A stretch of DNA of 64,000 bases from Porphyridium purpureum (taxonomy: Eukaryota): contig VRMN01000002.1 in assembly GCA_008690995.1 (NCBI GenBank), positions 868,001 through 932,000 of the forward strand. The letters run 5' to 3'. The translations under genes were made by a program, and so were the position numbers. Shown piece after piece: positions 63,131-64,000 of the stretch. The notes beneath the pieces were generated by a model. That model was given only the letters and a program-made list of their open reading frames with translations, had not been told where the DNA came from and did no database searches. The stretch's first letter is position 1. The number at the start of each line of letters is the position of its first letter.

Positions 63131-64000
63131 TGCTGAACAGTGGCAGCTTTTGAAATGTTTAGTCACAGTCAGGCATATTCGCTGGCTTCTGACGCAGCAT
63201 TGCAATCGCGATGGAGTTCAGGTACAACGTCCGTGCCTGCATCGCTGGTTCTACAAGAGATGAGGCGGTCCTTTCTTGCCAGTCTCTCGAGTTCAAACTA
63301 ATTTTGCATCAAGGCGTCGCTAGGAGTGGGCACCGGAGCGATCCGAGATATCGCTGCATGTTCCCCCCCTCGTGTAGGCATCTGCGGATCTGTAATCTTC
63401 TTCGTGAAGTATCAGGTTACGTTGCGGTCAAATACAGAGCAGGTCCTTGATAGGGCGCCTGACGTTCTTGTGCCGATGGCTGAAAAAAGGTTATCACGGT
63501 GTTAATATTGTACTCAGGCAAGGAACAAACGCACATGGCAGACTTTCTTTGAAGCGAACATCTGCTTTACGGGGCTGAGCACCTTGCCTTGACCCGGAAT
63601 ATTTCCGTGATCTCAAAAATGGTTCGGTCTATGTTTTATTTGAACACGGATGTTAGCCGCGCTCCTTTCTGATCATTGTACAGACGACGGTCCGTTCCCA
63701 CAAGTTTGGTAAATCGCCGGTCAATTTCCCTGCCGATTGCCCACCGATGCGAGGTATGGGAATCCGCGTCGAGGTCTGGCTATATTTACACAAGGCCGCT
63801 GTCAAGCTCCGCGGGCTTGGTCAGGAGACGTATGATGTGCGCGTGGCTCAAGCGACCCGCCAACTTTATCAGGAGCCCTTCAATATCCGCATGTTTCCGC
63901 AACGACCCAGAAGTCTGGTCCACTTCGAAGTGCCGCATCCGCGGCAGTGCGTTCTCGAAAGGACTAAATAGTTTCATGATTACCGTTTGTTTCTCAGGGA

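Noticed and set aside
63131..64000. Possible degenerate transposon at the window end
   Set aside because: Stop-riddled frames with no RT, integrase or transposase motif recognised.

Overview
Compact, gene-dense, intron-poor eukaryotic nuclear DNA (roughly 55% GC by eye). Gene content, many 'MAF/AFV'-type plastid transit peptides and rare GT-AG introns with ACTAAC-type branch points suggest a unicellular red alga (Porphyridium-like; inference only). About 40 protein-coding genes are recognisable, including xylulokinase (partial), HugZ/HOZ, WDR82, PMS1/PMS2, DUF819, OPA3, UXT, RMD1, an oxysterol-binding protein, ribophorin I, VPS29, QCR8, adenine deaminase, a beta-helix + clan-A glycoside hydrolase fusion, a Rieske ferredoxin, a P450, ALG12, GEX1/KAR5, UreF, a germin-like cupin, PAC2, NUP107, a cryptochrome/photolyase, OSTC, a PLP basic-amino-acid decarboxylase and TatB. 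The most unusual feature is a non-coding, AT-rich array of about 10 degenerate units with an exact 31-bp period and a palindromic core (59444-59735). It lies in a divergent promoter, followed by a 4-repeat helical putative nucleic-acid-binding protein and a double BED-like zinc-finger protein. Also noted: a 3-exon gene missing from the ORF track, distant branch points, a recurrent GTACAGT promoter motif, a (GGCGGTTT)n array, a methyltransferase pseudogene fragment and possible polycistronic gene pairs. All calls come from motif recognition by eye; no database searches were run.
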